A stretch of DNA of 64,000 bases, taken from contig JAZPZY010000065.1 in the NCBI GenBank assembly GCA_045544955.1, forward strand, positions 67 to 64,066, read 5' to 3'. Below are positions 61,403-64,000 of the stretch, piece by piece. Positions within the stretch are counted from its first letter, which is position 1; every line of letters starts with the position of its first letter. Source of the DNA: Eubacteriales bacterium (GTDB taxonomy: Bacteria > Bacillota > Clostridia > Oscillospirales > CAG-272). The notes below the pieces were generated by a model. It did no database searches. It had not been told where the DNA came from and saw only the letters and a list, made by a program, of their open reading frames with translations. Position numbers and translations under genes: made by a program.

Positions 61403-61436
61403 AATCGGCGGGAGATCCCGCCGATTTCTTTATTTT
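61403..61436. terminator. Bidirectional terminator between coaW and hom
   Basis: aatcggcggg-agat-cccgccgatt followed by tctttatttt. Confidence 0.75.
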
Positions 61437-61438
61437 CA

Positions 61439-62665
61439 TCAATCCAGAATACGGAGTGCCGATTCCACCGTACCGGGCAGAGCGGCAATGCCTTTGGCAA
61501 GAGCCTGCTCCTCCAACAGAGGCGTTATGAACTCCGCCGTGCCGGCAGGCGTGCCGGGCACTGCTTCCACATCGCCGAACAGAAGATGCGCCGCATCCGC
61601 TACTTCCTGTACCGGAGCACCGGTCACACGGATATACATACGGTTTTTGCTCTCGGCAAATTTCTTTACGAATCCGGCAGGGGCTTTTTCCCAGCGTCGG
61701 CCGGACTCCGTGCGGTACGAGCCGTTCAGTGCCGCCACCACGTCGGAGATCACCGCGCCGGCGGTGGGATACCGGCCGGCACCCCGGCCGTAATACATCA
61801 CGTCGCCGGTAAGAGCACTGGCAACGGCGGCTGCGTTATACACGTCATCCACGTGTGCCAGGGGATTTTTACCCGGCACGATCCGGGGACATACGGAAAC
61901 GGACGCGCAATCCCCGTCCCGCTTGAAGGAACCGATAAGACGCACCGCACCGCCCAGACGCTTGGCCGCATCCATATCGGCGACGGTGAGTTTGGACATG
62001 GTTTCAGCGTACACGTCGCTCTCGTCGGCAATATAGCCGGTAGCAACGGCGGTAAGGATCATGATCTTCCGCTGGGCGTCAAAGCCGTGAATATCCGCGG
62101 AGGGATCCTTCTCCGCATAGCCAAGCTGCTGTGCCTCGGCCAGTGCCTCGTCAAATGCGATACCGGCGTCACGCATGCGGGTGAGAATATAGTTGGTAGT
62201 TCCGTTAAGGATGCCGTTTACGGCGTCCACCCGGTCGGAAGCAAGGCTCGTACGGATCGAACGGATCAGCGGAATGCCGCCGCCCACGCTTGCCTCGTAC
62301 AGATAGGCAGCCCCGTTTTCGTCCGCAAGCTGCATCAGCTCCGCACCGTGCTTTGCCACAAGTTCCTTATTGGAGGTGACCACGTGCTTGCCGGCCTTCA
62401 AAGCGGCGGAAGAAAACTCCAGTGCCGGATGCACGCCGCCCATGGTTTCTACCACGAGAGCGATCTCCGGGTCGCTTAGAATCGTATCCACGTCGTGGAT
62501 CACCCGATCCGCATAGGGAGAATCCGGAAAATCTCTGAGATCCAGAATATATTTTACGTGAACGGCATCTCCAGCCGCCGCGGCGATGAGAGAAGCGTTT
62601 TCATCCACCAGGGAAACGACGCCGCCGCCTACCACGCCAAAGCCGATTACTGCAATTTCTTTCAT
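61439..62665 (-). CDS. hom: Homoserine dehydrogenase with C-terminal ACT domain
   Basis: 408 aa. N-terminal Rossmann fold VIGFGVVGGGV, NKELVA, and the catalytic region LYEASVGGGIPLI. Confidence 0.9.
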   Translation of the reverse strand: MKEIAVIGFGVVGGGVVSLVDENASLIAAAAGDAVHVKYILDLRDFPDSPYADRVIHDVDTILSDPEIALVVETMGGVHPALEFSSAALKAGKHVVTSNKELVAKHGAELMQLADENGAAYLYEASVGGGIPLIRSIRTSLASDRVDAVNGILNGTTNYILTRMRDAGIAFDEALAEAQQLGYAEKDPSADIHGFDAQRKIMILTAVATGYIADESDVYAETMSKLTVADMDAAKRLGGAVRLIGSFKRDGDCASVSVCPRIVPGKNPLAHVDDVYNAAAVASALTGDVMYYGRGAGRYPTAGAVISDVVAALNGSYRTESGRRWEKAPAGFVKKFAESKNRMYIRVTGAPVQEVADAAHLLFGDVEAVPGTPAGTAEFITPLLEEQALAKGIAALPGTVESALRILD

Positions 62666-62812
62666 ACTTTTGACAACCTTTCCGTTCCATCAAGCTCGAA
62701 TCTTCGATGGTATATATAGTAGTATAACACAGAAAGATCAACTTCGCAAGGGATTTCAACGATTTCCGTGCCGCAAAGAAAAGATTTTGCTTTATTATTT
62801 TTTCTCTCCCCC

Positions 62813-62841
62813 TTGACAGCGGCGTTCTATTGTGATAGAAT
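62813..62841 (+). promoter_or_regulatory. Sigma-A type promoter of the BlaI/BlaR1-like operon
   Basis: TTGACA-N17-TAGAAT. Confidence 0.55.
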
Positions 62842-62872
62842 GATATCGCAATAGATTCTACTGCAATAGAAT
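62825..62872 (+). promoter_or_regulatory. Two operator-like inverted repeats built from TTCTAT/ATAGAA half-sites
   Basis: TTCTAT-tgtg-ATAGAA (62825-62840) overlaps the -10. ATTCTA-ctgcaa-TAGAAT sits at 62855-62872. There is also a direct repeat gcaatagat/gcaatagaa. Confidence 0.45.
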
Positions 62873-62894
62873 ACCCAAAACAGGAGGACGAAAC

Positions 62895-63254
62895 GTGGAC
62901 GGAAAATTATTTCCATCGGAGCTGCATGTGATGGACGTGTTGTGGGAGGAAGGCCCTGCCTCCGCCAAACGGATCGCTGACGTACTTTCCGAAACGGTTG
63001 GCTGGAGCAAGACCACCACCTACACCGTAATCAAAAAATGTCTGGACAAAGGAGCGATCACCCGCTCCGATCCGGGATTTATCTGCACGGCGGCAATCAC
63101 CAAACGGGAGATCCGCCGGCAGGAAACGGCAGATCTGATCGACCGTCTTTTCGGCGGCGAGGCGGATCGCCTGGTAGCATCTATTTTGGAGGACGGCTCT
63201 TTATCCGGCGATGAGATTGCCCAGCTTCGCCGCATGATCGATGAAATGAAATGA
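62895..63254 (+). CDS. BlaI/MecI/CopY family transcriptional repressor
   Basis: GTG start after aggagga. 119 aa with a winged helix (ELHVMDVLWEEGPASAKRIADVL...WSKTTTYTVIKKCLDKGAI). Confidence 0.85.
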   Translation: MDGKLFPSELHVMDVLWEEGPASAKRIADVLSETVGWSKTTTYTVIKKCLDKGAITRSDPGFICTAAITKREIRRQETADLIDRLFGGEADRLVASILEDGSLSGDEIAQLRRMIDEMK

Positions 63255-63265
63255 GGGGGAACGGT

Positions 63266-64000
63266 ATGAGGATACTCTTTTCCGTCACGGGAAGCGCTTC
63301 CGTGCTCATTTTCTTCTGTATGATCCTGCGGGCACTGTGTGCCCGGCGGCTTCCCGCCGCATTTTATCGCGCGGTCTGGATTTTGGCAGCGGTACGTCCG
63401 CTGGTTTTTGCCGAGATTCCCTCCCCCGTCAGTATTTTTGCACTGGGCGGTACCGCATCGGATACAATCGGTTACGGCAACACCGGCGCATGGTACGCCG
63501 TGATCCCGCTGATAGAAACGGCCGCCGCCTCTTCCGCTGAAGCGCCGTTCCCATGGATCTTCGCCATTTGGCTGGTCGGCGTATGTTTGATGAGTGCTTT
63601 GTTTCTCATTCCGCATCTGCGCTTTTGTCTTCGCATGCGAAGCGCGGCGGAGATCACCCACGCAGGACAACGCGTACGCATCTCGCCCCACGTGCGGATC
63701 CCCTGTGCCGTGGGCATATTCCGGCCGGTGATCTGCCTTGGGCAGATGCCGCACGAATACGCGCCGGAGACGCTCCGCTGTATTTTCGCACATGAGAACG
63801 CCCACGTCCGCCGTGGTGATATTCCTGTAAAATGGCTGTTCGCCGCCGCACTCACCCTCCACTGGTTCAATCCTCTGATGTGGGGCATGTACATTCTCGC
63901 CTGCCGCGATCTGGAATTTGCCTGTGACGAAGCCGTTCTGCGTGTTATCGGCAGTGATACCGACGCCCGGGCACGGTACGCCGGCGTTCTGCTGGATCTT
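63266..64000 (+). CDS. BlaR1/MecR1-like M56 peptidase-domain membrane sensor (3' partial, runs off the window)
   Basis: The frame is open from the ATG at 63266 to the window end and is not in the ORF track because no stop is reached. It has TM helices and the zinc motif FAHENAHVRRGD (HExxH...R-x-D) typical of M56. Confidence 0.8.
   Translation, partial: MRILFSVTGSASVLIFFCMILRALCARRLPAAFYRAVWILAAVRPLVFAEIPSPVSIFALGGTASDTIGYGNTGAWYAVIPLIETAAASSAEAPFPWIFAIWLVGVCLMSALFLIPHLRFCLRMRSAAEITHAGQRVRISPHVRIPCAVGIFRPVICLGQMPHEYAPETLRCIFAHENAHVRRGDIPVKWLFAAALTLHWFNPLMWGMYILACRDLEFACDEAVLRVIGSDTDARARYAGVLLDL

Overview
64-kb chromosomal segment with high background GC (hand-counted 60-nt lines in core genes are about 65-72% GC). 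Gene content fits an endospore-forming Clostridia-class Bacillota with an SLH-anchored surface protein; this taxon call is an inference. I support about 60 protein genes, one tRNA-Glu(CUC), a Phe T-box leader, several near-consensus sigma-A type promoters and many intrinsic terminators. Most of the window is housekeeping: pheST, gdhA, proBA, zapA, dut, maf, mreBCD-mrdA, gatCAB, nfo, rlmB, gpr, spoIIP, coaW and hom. I saw no CRISPR array, rRNA, transposase, integrase or phage structural gene. Accessory content sits in three sharply low-GC islets (about 35-47% GC on sampled lines). (i) 28.97-31.66 kb holds a tight seven-gene operon of small unrecognised proteins directly behind an XRE regulator, and is the best candidate for something undescribed (orphan immunity-type or unknown accessory module). 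(ii) 38.47-39.25 kb holds a divergent XRE / zinc-ribbon-TM2 membrane protein pair. (iii) 46.45-46.94 kb holds a single orphan gene. Other points worth a second look are listed here.
- A membrane protein that looks like a catalytically dead P-type ATPase with a long acidic N-terminus.
- A 1277-aa SLH protein with eight divergent modules of an unrecognised repeat.
- A 61-nt duplication of the tRNA-Glu 3' end plus its terminator.
- In-frame tandem repeats in two exported proteins.
- An asymmetric heterodimeric ABC exporter.
- A BlaI/BlaR1-type pair with non-canonical operator repeats.
All functional calls come from motif and family recognition by eye on the supplied translations. No database search, folding or alignment program was run. 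Family names quoted from memory (DUF numbers, Cthe_2159) need confirmation.
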